A stretch of DNA of 32,000 nucleotides, from contig NC_002939.5 of the NCBI RefSeq assembly GCF_000007985.2, forward strand, positions 390,001 through 422,000. The letters are read 5' to 3'. This document shows, piece after piece, positions 7,899-16,000 of the stretch. Positions within the stretch are counted from its first letter, which is position 1. The number at the start of each line of letters is the position of its first letter. The position numbers and the translations under genes are program-made. This DNA comes from Geobacter sulfurreducens PCA (lineage in GTDB: Bacteria; Desulfobacterota; Desulfuromonadia; Geobacterales; Geobacteraceae). The notes under the pieces were generated by a model, which was not told the DNA's origin, ran no database searches, and saw nothing but the letters and a program-made list of their open reading frames with translations.

Positions 7899-7901
7899 CC
7901 T

Positions 7902-8822
7902 ATGGATAACCTTGCCGAACACAGCGACAGGACGCCGACCCCCATCGTGGCCATCGATGGGACAACTATCCGCCGGATCCGGGAGGCCAAACGACTCACC
8001 CAGCTCTACGTGGCCAGCGTAGTGGGGGTGACGACCGACACCATCTCCCGGTGGGAGAACAACCGCTACCCGTCGGTAAAGCGGGACAATGCCGAAAAAC
8101 TGGCCCAGGCCCTGGAGGTATCCCTGGAGGACATCCTCCGGCGGGAAGAGGCGGCGGAGGACGCCCCGGCCGAGGTCGCGCCCCCCGAGCCGCCGCCGCG
8201 CCGCCGGCTCCGGCTTGCCGTCATCCTGCTCCTGGCGGGAGCGGCGATTCTGGGGATCATGTTTTTCCGGGGGGCTGCGCCGGGGCTGAAGGCAGAGCGG
8301 ACCCTGCCCCCCTACAGTGCGCCGGGCCAGATCCTGCCGGTTAGGGTGAAGGTGGAACGGCCGGCAGAAGGCGGGAGCGGATTTATTCTCAAGGAGCGCA
8401 TTCCGGCCGGCTGGCGGTTCGTGAGCGCCAATCCGCCGGTGACCGGCGAGGCGGGGGTGCGGGAGATCAAGTGGCTCATTCCCCCCGGTGCGGGAACCAT
8501 GACGATTTCCTATACCCTGATGTCGCCCCGCGAGACCCCCCTCAGGACGGCGGCCGATTTCGGCGGCGAAGTGGTTCGCTCCGACGAAAGAGGCACCCGG
8601 CGCGAACCGGTGGCGGGTGCGGCACGGGTGACCGTGGCCGGCATCCACTGGGCCGACGTGAACGGTGACGGCCGCATTGATGACAACGAGATCATGCCCG
8701 CCTACTATCTCACCGAGGAGATGAAGGGGCTCGGGCTCGACTGGAAAACCATCGAGACGATCTGGGCCAGCACGGGATATACCTGGAACGACAAGCTGAA
8801 AACGTTCGAGGTGGTCCGGTGA
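7902..8822 (+). CDS. membrane-anchored XRE-family HTH regulator with a periplasmic beta-rich domain and a C-terminal EF-hand/dockerin-like Ca-binding loop
   Basis: HTH: IRRIREAKRLTQLYVASVVGVTTDTISRWENNRYPS...LAQALEVSLEDIL. Charged/Pro linker: APPEPPPRRR. Single TM: LRLAVILLLAGAAILGIMFF. About 180 aa follow the TM, including a canonical 12-residue EF loop DVNGDGRIDDNE (nt 8655-8690). Confidence 0.8.
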   Translation: MDNLAEHSDRTPTPIVAIDGTTIRRIREAKRLTQLYVASVVGVTTDTISRWENNRYPSVKRDNAEKLAQALEVSLEDILRREEAAEDAPAEVAPPEPPPRRRLRLAVILLLAGAAILGIMFFRGAAPGLKAERTLPPYSAPGQILPVRVKVERPAEGGSGFILKERIPAGWRFVSANPPVTGEAGVREIKWLIPPGAGTMTISYTLMSPRETPLRTAADFGGEVVRSDERGTRREPVAGAARVTVAGIHWADVNGDGRIDDNEIMPAYYLTEEMKGLGLDWKTIETIWASTGYTWNDKLKTFEVVR

Positions 8823-9736
8823 CGGAGCGGCGCTACAACGCTTTTTCCGATGAGCTTCGCCGCGTCTTCGGCTGCCGGGTACAGCGGGTGTCGGTGGATG
8901 CGGGCTTCACCTGCCCCAACCGGGACGGCACCACGGGGCTCGGCGGCTGCATTTTCTGCGGCGGCCGGGGCTCGGGCTCCTTCGGCATCAGGCCGGAACT
9001 GGGAGTGGCCGATCAGCTCGCCCACGGCATGACGTACCTCTCGCGGCGCTACGGGGCGGAGAAATTCCTCGCCTATTTCCAGTCCTACTCCAACACCTAC
9101 GCCCCGGTAGAGCGGCTCCGACTCCTCTACGACGAGGCCCTGTCAGTCCCCGGCGTGGCCGGGCTCATCGTCGGCACCCGTCCCGACTGTCTCCCGCCTG
9201 AGGTCATCGATCTTCTGGCCGAGTATGCCCGCTCGACCTACTTCTGGCTCGAACTGGGAATGCAGACATCCCACGACCGGACGCTGGCCCTCCTCAACCG
9301 TGGCCACGACGCGGCATCGTTCCAGGATGCCGCGGACCGTTGCCGCCGCCGGGGAATCAGGCTCTGCGCGCACGTGATTCTCGGGTTGCCGGGAGAGACC
9401 GACGCGGACATGCTCGAAACGGCGATGATGCTCAACGGGGTCGGTATCGACGGGGTGAAGCTCCACCATCTCCACGTGATGAAGGATACGCCGCTGGAAG
9501 TCATGTACCGTCAGGGGGCGGTCGGCTGTCTGGGGCGGGATGACTACGTGGGACTCGTCTGCGATTTTCTGGAGCGGCTCGATCCCCGCATTGTCGTCCA
9601 TCGCCTGGTGGGGGATGCCCCGGCCGACCACCTGGTGGCCCCTGCCTGGACCCTGGAGAAGTCGGCGGTTCTTGCCGCAATCGACGAGGAATTCATCCGT
9701 CGCGACTCCCGCCAGGGGGCCCGCCTGTCCCGGTAA
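8819..9736 (+). CDS. radical SAM protein, TIGR01212 (YhcC-like) family
   Basis: The GTG start overlaps the upstream stop (GTGA, 8819-8822). N-terminus YNAFSDELRRVFGCRVQRVSVDAGFTCPNRDGTTGLGGCIFCG carries the CX11CX2C cluster motif I recall from E. coli YhcC. TIM-barrel-like remainder: LELGMQTSHDRTL...GVKLHHLHV. Confidence 0.85.
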   Translation: MTERRYNAFSDELRRVFGCRVQRVSVDAGFTCPNRDGTTGLGGCIFCGGRGSGSFGIRPELGVADQLAHGMTYLSRRYGAEKFLAYFQSYSNTYAPVERLRLLYDEALSVPGVAGLIVGTRPDCLPPEVIDLLAEYARSTYFWLELGMQTSHDRTLALLNRGHDAASFQDAADRCRRRGIRLCAHVILGLPGETDADMLETAMMLNGVGIDGVKLHHLHVMKDTPLEVMYRQGAVGCLGRDDYVGLVCDFLERLDPRIVVHRLVGDAPADHLVAPAWTLEKSAVLAAIDEEFIRRDSRQGARLSR

Positions 9737-9771
9737 GCCCCCCCATTTCCACTCACAGGCCGAAGCCTGCC

Positions 9772-11022
9772 TCAGAACGGATACCCCAGACCCACGAAGA
9801 CCGCCGGTCCCTCGTTGCCGAATCCGATGTCGACCCGACCCACGATGTTGGGGCGGACCACTGCCCGGAAGCCGATGCCCGGGTTGAACTCGAAGCTTTT
9901 TGCTTCGGCCCGGTCCAGAGATTCCATGACCGCTCCCAGATCGATGAACGGGGCCACTTCCCAGTCGGTGTTCACGTCAAAGACGCTCCAGCGGAAAAGT
10001 CTGATCCGCTCCTCAAGGTTGCAGAGAAGGTAGCTGGAGTCGACGAAGCGGTTGCGTCCGTAGCCGCGCAAGGTGGTCTCGCCTCCAAGGATGCTCCGCT
10101 CCAGAAAGGGGACTTCGCTCCCCAGGGTCTGGTTGTAGGCGACCCGTACCACGGTGATGTAACGGGCCGTATCCAGCGGGAAATATCCCTTCAACTCCAC
10201 TTCGTAGTGGCGGTAACCGGCGTCGCTTCCGAGCAGCTCGGCACTCCCCTCGATGGAGGCGCGGGCATAGAGTCCGCCGGTCGGCATGGTCCGGTCGTCC
10301 AGGGTGTTGTAGATCAGCGCTATTTTCTGGGCATGGGCGGTGAACCCGTTGATCCCCGGCACCTCGGCGGTGGTGAACCGGTCGCGGATGTAGGGGACTT
10401 TGCTCACGGCTCCCGGCCGGATATCTACCTTGCGAAAACGTTCGCCCAGAACGAGCTGGAGATGATCGGTCAGGTCATAGCCGACGCCCATGGTGATGCC
10501 GTATTCCCGGTTGGCGTAGTTGGTTTCATCCTGCTGCAGGCTGCCCGACTCGAAGCCGTAGAACCGCGATGAACCGTCGGTAAAGTAGTAAAGGAAGGCG
10601 TTGGTCTCCAGGGGCTTCCCGTTCAAGGAGAGGAAGGTCTTGTCCCGGAGCCGCACCTCGTAGTCTTCATTGACGTTGGTGGACTTGGAGAGGTTGAACT
10701 CCCAGTTGCGTTCGGGGAGCGGGAAGAATGCTCCGTAGAGGGAGAAGGTGGTGCCGAAGTTCTGGTTGTAGTTCACCTGGGGAGCAATGAGGGTGTTAAC
10801 CTCGTCCCGGGCGTTGTGGAGGAGGAACGCGGTCAGGCCGCCGAGGATGGCCCCCTCGTTGGGACTCGTGGCGATGACGGGCAGGGGGATGGTGACCACC
10901 TTGACCGGATCGCCGAAGCTGTCGTCGGTGAGGGGATACGGCAGTCGCTCCCGCGGCACCATGGTGGTGCAACCGGTCAGGACGAGGAACGCTGCGAAAA
11001 GGAGTACAGTGCGAAGGCCCAT
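9772..11022 (-). CDS. Omp85/bacterial-surface-antigen family outer membrane beta-barrel with lipoprotein signal and no POTRA region
   Basis: Lipobox: MGLRTVLLFAAFLVLTGC (Cys18). Alternating beta-strand pattern throughout. Omp85 loop-6-like motif: ILGGETTLRGYGRNRF. C-terminal OMP signature: VGLGYPF. No obvious SD precedes the ATG. Confidence 0.78.
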   Translation of the reverse strand: MGLRTVLLFAAFLVLTGCTTMVPRERLPYPLTDDSFGDPVKVVTIPLPVIATSPNEGAILGGLTAFLLHNARDEVNTLIAPQVNYNQNFGTTFSLYGAFFPLPERNWEFNLSKSTNVNEDYEVRLRDKTFLSLNGKPLETNAFLYYFTDGSSRFYGFESGSLQQDETNYANREYGITMGVGYDLTDHLQLVLGERFRKVDIRPGAVSKVPYIRDRFTTAEVPGINGFTAHAQKIALIYNTLDDRTMPTGGLYARASIEGSAELLGSDAGYRHYEVELKGYFPLDTARYITVVRVAYNQTLGSEVPFLERSILGGETTLRGYGRNRFVDSSYLLCNLEERIRLFRWSVFDVNTDWEVAPFIDLGAVMESLDRAEAKSFEFNPGIGFRAVVRPNIVGRVDIGFGNEGPAVFVGLGYPF

Positions 11023-11187
11023 GAAAATCCGGCGGTTCTTGTCAACTGGCGTTACAACGACAGGTGAAAGATAGCGGGTTTCGGCTTCGTGTTCAACCCC
11101 AAATGAGAGGATTGTACGAGTGGGGAACAGGTACAGGCGACATGACGGCGGAATATGGCACTGTGGAGCTCGGCTGAGGATCCCTTC

Positions 11188-11460
11188 TCAGTCGCCTTCC
11201 GCGTGTTCCAGCCAATAGAGCCAAGCCAGAAGCTCAGCCACGGCCCGGTAGAGATCGGCCGGGATGCAGGAGTCGATGTCGACCTGGATGAGCTGGCGTA
11301 CCAGTTCCGGCGACTGGTGGACGTAGACTCCGGCCTCTCGGGCGCAGGCGATGATGGCCTCTGCGGTGACGCCGTACCCCTTGGCCACCACCTGGGGGGC
11401 GTAGTGCCCTTCGCGGTAGCTGAGGGCTACAGCCTTGCGGTCCCGGTCATTCGTCGTCAT
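11188..11460 (-). CDS. stand-alone FlhB/YscU C-terminal-domain-like protein (EscU/YscU/HrcU switch-domain family), no TM region
   Basis: KAVALSYREGHYAPQVVAKGYGVTAEAIIACAREAGVYVHQSPELVRQLIQVDIDSCIPADLYRAVAELLAWLYWLE resembles the FlhB segment downstream of the NPTH cleavage site. The start overlaps the upstream gene's stop by 14 nt. Confidence 0.8.
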   Translation of the reverse strand: MTTNDRDRKAVALSYREGHYAPQVVAKGYGVTAEAIIACAREAGVYVHQSPELVRQLIQVDIDSCIPADLYRAVAELLAWLYWLEHAEGD

Positions 11461-13204
11461 GGCTCACCCTGAAACCGGTCATGCGGATGCCGGCTGCGTC
11501 CAGCGCCTCTTCGAGGCGTGGCCTTCCCTCTTTCATGGCCGCTATGGTTTCCTCGTTCCGGGCCGCGAGATTGACCGTTACCCCGGAACTGCCGAGGCTC
11601 AGGGTCGCCCGGACCGATCCCAGTCGGGGCAGGTCAAGGGCCACTTCCGTCTGCCAGCTCCGCTCCGCTGAGGAGCCCCGTCCGTCGGCCTCGCGCTCCT
11701 CCACCTTCCATTCCATATCCTGGCCGGGCCAGACCTGTCCGTGCCAGGTGAACTGCCCCGTGGCCAGTGTCGTGAGCTGCTCCTTGATGATAGGGATAGT
11801 CTGGGGCTCCACCCCTCCCTGGGGAGGGGGCGGGATATGACGGAGTCCCCCGGCCCGTTCCGTAGCCGCCGGGTCTCCGGCACGGGCCGCCACCGCAACC
11901 CCGTCGCCATCGGCAGCGAGAGCCATGGGCGCACGGGGCTGGGATGCCGCGTGCTGGTCAACGGCGATACGCTCGCCTCTCGCCTGGGAAACGACGGTGG
12001 TCCCGGGCGCGGTCGGCGAGTTCTGGGCGGCGGGGTCGGGAAGGGGCACTTGCCGGAGGGTCGGCCCCTGGGGTGATGACTGGTCCGGTTGAGATGGTGC
12101 GGGGAGCGGCTTGCCGGCTACCGGCGTCGAATCGGGACGAAGGGGCTCCTGGGGTGTCGGAGGGCGTGTCCCGTCCGGCGCCGGCCCTTGGGGTCGCGGG
12201 GTTGCCTGATCGGTATCAGGGAGGGCTGCGGTGCCGCCGTCGGGGCGCAGCGGTGGAGGCGCCTGGTCCGTGGGGGGGGCACCACCGGCTGGTGTCGTGG
12301 TGACGGAGGGTGCCGGTGTGCCGGACTGGTGCGGCGCCTGTGGTGCGTCTCCGGTGGCTGGCGTGGCGACTGACGGCGAACCGAGGCTGCCGGTAGTGCC
12401 CGTGCCGGCAGAGGCAGGCACGGTTGAGGGTGCGTTTCCCCCGCCGGCCGCCGGTTGACTGCCCGTGGGCTGGTTTGCTGCTGGTAGCGGGGCAGCAGCG
12501 GGCTTTTGCCCCGCATCGGTTGTGGCCGCGGGTGGTCCTCCCGGCGACTGGGAGGCCGGGGGCGCGGCGTTCTGCTGGGGTGGCGCACCGCCGTTTGCCG
12601 GAGCGGGTGAGGTGTTGTTGCCGCCGGAAGTCGTGGCCACGGCAAGCCGTGAGAGGGACCCCTGGGGCTCCCGGAGGAGATCGGCCAAGGGGCGCTCCCC
12701 CTTGACCCACTGGGAGAGGTGCGACTCATAGAAAACGCCGCTACGGGTGAGGGCGTTGCGCAGCCCTTCAGCCAGACGGCCCGTATCCCGTGGCGGCTCC
12801 TGTAGAATGATCGACGGCCGGGGGAGCGGCGTGGACTGGACCGCGTCATTTCTGGACGTGGCCAGCTGATTGAGCCATCGGCCGGTGTCGCTGATCCGGA
12901 CCGGTACCCCCGAGTTCGCCTCCTTGGACAGGGCGAAGACGAGGCGCGGCTCCTCCGAGACGAAGGTCAACTCCACGGTCTGCCCCGGCTGGAGGTTGAG
13001 GGGGATCTCCATGCGCAGGAGCTGGTTTGCCAGCCGGATCAGGTAGCGGCTGTCCGGCAGGTTGGCCAGCACCTCCGCCTGTACCATCTGGCCCGGGGTC
13101 AGGTTGAGGGGCGTCAGGGTCTGCCACCGGGCCTCCACCAGCGAGTACGTCGAATCCTTGAGGAGGGCCTGGGCGATCCGGGCTATTTCCTGAGTCACGA
13201 TCAT
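11447..13204 (-). CDS. FliK-like (flagellar hook-length control family) protein with a very long Pro/Ala/Thr/Gly/Gln-rich central region
   Basis: C-terminal TEVALDLPRLGSVRATLSLGSSGVTVNLAARNEETIAAMKEGRPRLEEALDAAGIRMTGFRV resembles the Flg_hook domain. About 250 aa of low complexity are consistent with a ruler region. Structured N-terminal ~100 aa: LNLTPGQMVQAEVLANLPDSRYLIRL...GQTVELTFV. Confidence 0.7.
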   Translation of the reverse strand: MIVTQEIARIAQALLKDSTYSLVEARWQTLTPLNLTPGQMVQAEVLANLPDSRYLIRLANQLLRMEIPLNLQPGQTVELTFVSEEPRLVFALSKEANSGVPVRISDTGRWLNQLATSRNDAVQSTPLPRPSIILQEPPRDTGRLAEGLRNALTRSGVFYESHLSQWVKGERPLADLLREPQGSLSRLAVATTSGGNNTSPAPANGGAPPQQNAAPPASQSPGGPPAATTDAGQKPAAAPLPAANQPTGSQPAAGGGNAPSTVPASAGTGTTGSLGSPSVATPATGDAPQAPHQSGTPAPSVTTTPAGGAPPTDQAPPPLRPDGGTAALPDTDQATPRPQGPAPDGTRPPTPQEPLRPDSTPVAGKPLPAPSQPDQSSPQGPTLRQVPLPDPAAQNSPTAPGTTVVSQARGERIAVDQHAASQPRAPMALAADGDGVAVAARAGDPAATERAGGLRHIPPPPQGGVEPQTIPIIKEQLTTLATGQFTWHGQVWPGQDMEWKVEEREADGRGSSAERSWQTEVALDLPRLGSVRATLSLGSSGVTVNLAARNEETIAAMKEGRPRLEEALDAAGIRMTGFRVSHDDE

Positions 13205-13249
13205 GGATTACTTATCGGCGGAACCGGGCAGAACTGAAGCCGTTGCCGC

Positions 13250-15814
13250 TCAGCCCCAGACGAGCAGACCCTGTTCGTAAACCGGTCCCAGTTCGGGATG
13301 GCGGGGCATGACCCGGATCATGAAACCGTGCCTGCCGCAGAACCGGGTTTCGATGTCACCCGTGAAGCGGTGGGAGCCTCCCCCTTCCTCTTCCGCGTGG
13401 TCCAGCGGAATCAACTCGCCTCCCACGATGTTGCCCCGGGAGTCGAGGACGCCGCAGTAGGTCTCCACAATCACCCGGTCCGGGACGATGTCGCCCAGGG
13501 CAATACGGGCAGTCACCGGAATGGGCGCGCCCAGGGGCACCTCCTCGGGGGCGGGGGCCTCCACCGAAATCACTTTCACTTGGTGCCAGGACCGGTGCAT
13601 CTCACCCTTCCAGCGGGCCAGATCCACGGCCCGGGCCAGACCGTCGCCGGCCAGGGTGCGCCACTCCTCGAAGGAGGGGAGGTACATCCGCTCGGCATAC
13701 TCCTTGACCATCCGCTCGGTGCTGAAGACCGGGCACAGGGTCTGGAGGCTCGCTTTCATGCAGGCGAGCCAGCCGCGGGGGATGCCGTCGGGACCCCGGT
13801 CATAGAAGAGGGGGATGACCTCCTTTTCCAGCAGGTCGTAGATGGCGCGGCTCTCCACCTCGTTCTGGAAGTCGATGTCGTCGTAGACCTCACCCTTGCC
13901 GATAGCCCAGCCGTTGTTCCCCCGGTATCCCTCGGGCCACCAGCCGTCCAGAACGCTCATGTTGAGGCCGCCGTTGAACGCCACCTTCATGCCGCTGGTG
14001 CCGCTGGCCTCCAGGGGGCGCAGGGGGGTGTTGAGCCAGACGTCGACCCCCTGGACCAAGTGCCGGGCCACGGCCATGTCATAGTCCTCGATGAACACGA
14101 TCCGGTTGTGGAATCGCGCTTCCAGGGAGTGCTGGAAGATGCGGCGGATCAGTTCCTTGCCCTCCACGTCGTGGGGATGGGCCTTGCCCGAGAAGATGAT
14201 CTGCACGGGGCGGTCGGCGTCGTTGAGGATGCGGGCGAGCCGGTCCAGGTCCCGGAAGAGCAGGGTCCCCCGCTTGTAGGTGGCGAAGCGCCGCGCGAAC
14301 CCGATGGTCAGGGCTTCCGGGTCCAGCACCTCGTCGGCCTGGGCGATCTCCTTGGCCGTGGCGCCCACCTGGTGCAGGTGATCCTTGAGCCGGCGCCGGG
14401 CAAAGACCACCAGCCGTTCGCGGCACCGTTCGTGAGTCCGCCAGAGTTCGGAGTCGGGAATGTTGGCGACCCGCTTCCAGAGGAGCGAGTCGGTGGGGTC
14501 TTCCCGCCAGCGGTTGCCCAGGTAGCGGGTGAGGAGCCCGGCCATCTCCACCGAGAGCCAGGTCTTGGTGTGGACGCCGTTGGTGACGGAGGTGATGGGG
14601 ATGTGCTCGTCAGGCAGCTCGGGCCAGAGGTTTTTCCACATCTTGCGCGAGACCTCGCCGTGAAGCTGGCTGACGCCGTTGGCGTGATTGGCCAGCCGCA
14701 GGGCCAGCACCGCCATGCAGAACGATTCGTGGGGATTTTTCGGCAGCTGGCGTCCCAGGGAGAGGAATTCATCCCGGGAGAGCCCCAGGAACCGGTAATA
14801 GCGTCCCAGATAGCGTTCCAGCAGGTCTGCGGGGAAATGGTCGATACCCGCGTCCACGGGAGTATGGGTCGTAAAGATGGTGCCGGCGCGGACCGCTTCC
14901 ATGGCCTCCGGGAAGCGCAGGCCGTGCTTTTCCATGAGGAGCTTGGTCCGCTCCAGGGCCAGGAAGGCGGCGTGCCCCTCGTTCATGTGGCAGACATTGG
15001 GATCGATGCCGAGGCGGTTCAACGCCCGGATGCCGCCGATGCCCAGCAGAATCTCCTGGCGGATGCGCATGTCCTGGTCCCCGCCGTAGAGCTGGGCCGT
15101 GATCTCCCGGTCCAGCGGGTCGTTCTCCTCCATGTTGGTGTCCAGGAGATAGAGGGGAATCCGGCCCACCTGCACCTTCCAGATCTGGACGTGGACCTTG
15201 CGGCCGGCCAGATCGAGCTCGATGGTGACCGGTTGCCCTTCCTCGTCCCGCTGGAGTTTGAGGGGGAGGTTGTAGAAGTCGTTCTCGGGGTAGAGCTCCT
15301 GCTGCCACCCTTCGATATTGAGATACTGGCGGAAGTAGCCCTGGCGGTAGAGGAGGCCGATCCCCACCAGGGGGATTCCCAGGTCGCTGGCCGACTTGAG
15401 ATGATCCCCCGCCAGCACCCCCAGGCCGCCGGAGTAGGTGGGAACCGATTCGTGGAGACCGAACTCCATGGAGAAATAGGCAACCCGCAGGGGACGCTCG
15501 CCGTTCCAGGTCCGATCGAACCACGTCTTGCCGGTCATGTAGCCGTGGTATTTTTCCTCGACCCGCTTGAGCTGGGCCATGAAGCCCTCGTCCGCCACAA
15601 GGCGCTCAAGGGTGGTTTGCTGGAGGATGCCGAGCATCTCCACCGGGTTGTGGCGAGTCTGCTGCCACAGGTCGATGTCGAGCCGCTTGAAGAGTTCCAC
15701 CGCATCAGGCTCCCACGTCCACCAGAGATTGTAGGCCAGGGTCTGGAGGATGGCGAGTTCCCCCGACAGGGAAGGGACAACGGTGAAACGGTGGATTCTC
15801 TTGGTGAAGTCCAT
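13250..15814 (-). CDS. glgP: alpha-glucan (glycogen/maltodextrin) phosphorylase, GT35 'alpha-glucan family' type
   Basis: ATG at 15814 lies 6 nt after GGAGG (MDFTKRIHRFTV...). The track start at 15886 adds 24 low-complexity residues. Motifs: AYFSMEFGLHESVPTYSGGLGVLAGDHLKSASDLG, and the PLP-lysine region EASGTSGMKVAFNGGLN. Confidence 0.9.
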   Translation of the reverse strand: MDFTKRIHRFTVVPSLSGELAILQTLAYNLWWTWEPDAVELFKRLDIDLWQQTRHNPVEMLGILQQTTLERLVADEGFMAQLKRVEEKYHGYMTGKTWFDRTWNGERPLRVAYFSMEFGLHESVPTYSGGLGVLAGDHLKSASDLGIPLVGIGLLYRQGYFRQYLNIEGWQQELYPENDFYNLPLKLQRDEEGQPVTIELDLAGRKVHVQIWKVQVGRIPLYLLDTNMEENDPLDREITAQLYGGDQDMRIRQEILLGIGGIRALNRLGIDPNVCHMNEGHAAFLALERTKLLMEKHGLRFPEAMEAVRAGTIFTTHTPVDAGIDHFPADLLERYLGRYYRFLGLSRDEFLSLGRQLPKNPHESFCMAVLALRLANHANGVSQLHGEVSRKMWKNLWPELPDEHIPITSVTNGVHTKTWLSVEMAGLLTRYLGNRWREDPTDSLLWKRVANIPDSELWRTHERCRERLVVFARRRLKDHLHQVGATAKEIAQADEVLDPEALTIGFARRFATYKRGTLLFRDLDRLARILNDADRPVQIIFSGKAHPHDVEGKELIRRIFQHSLEARFHNRIVFIEDYDMAVARHLVQGVDVWLNTPLRPLEASGTSGMKVAFNGGLNMSVLDGWWPEGYRGNNGWAIGKGEVYDDIDFQNEVESRAIYDLLEKEVIPLFYDRGPDGIPRGWLACMKASLQTLCPVFSTERMVKEYAERMYLPSFEEWRTLAGDGLARAVDLARWKGEMHRSWHQVKVISVEAPAPEEVPLGAPIPVTARIALGDIVPDRVIVETYCGVLDSRGNIVGGELIPLDHAEEEGGGSHRFTGDIETRFCGRHGFMIRVMPRHPELGPVYEQGLLVWG

Positions 15815-16000
15815 TGAAACCTCCGGGACCGGGGAAGGGGCCGCGAGCGCCGTTGATCCGCGGCCGGTCGATGCACCCCCCGTCATGTATCGTGATGGTT
15901 TTGTCTTACGCAGAGTTGCTGCGGTTAAGCGGCCGTTATCAGGTCCTATCGCCCCGGTCTTCGCTGACGGGAACTTCCGTCCCTGGCACCGGTAGCCGGT

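Noticed and set aside
7350-7901. GEMM-I (c-di-GMP/cGAMP) riboswitch upstream of ppcB or ppcC, as found before some Geobacter cytochrome genes
   Set aside because: I found no ACGCAAAGC-type core or matching P1/P2 architecture in either upstream region.
9756-9769. Small hairpin CAGGC-cgaa-GCCTG between the convergent radical SAM and Omp85 genes
   Set aside because: The stem is only 5 bp and there is no U-tract on either strand, which is too weak to call a terminator.
11156-11171. TGGCAC hexamers resembling sigma-54 -24 boxes; also at 15984-15998 and 26236-26250
   Set aside because: At 11156 and 15984 the downstream GC dinucleotide is one position out of register and no downstream gene lies on that strand. 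The hit at 26236 lies across the FKBP gene start codon and has AAGC instead of TTGC.
11481-12849. Cluster of overlapping 75-240-aa ORFs on both strands in the 11.5-12.9 kb region
   Set aside because: All fall inside the Pro/Ala/Gly-rich (very GC-rich) central part of the FliK-like gene, where every frame is stop-poor. None has independent support.
13298-15817. 839-aa ORF on the + strand, the longest non-annotated ORF in the track
   Set aside because: It is exactly antisense to the well-supported glucan phosphorylase gene. The translation is low-complexity (G/V/P/H/E/A/L runs) with no recognisable motif, RBS or independent boundaries. In GC-rich DNA the antisense frame of a real gene is often stop-free.
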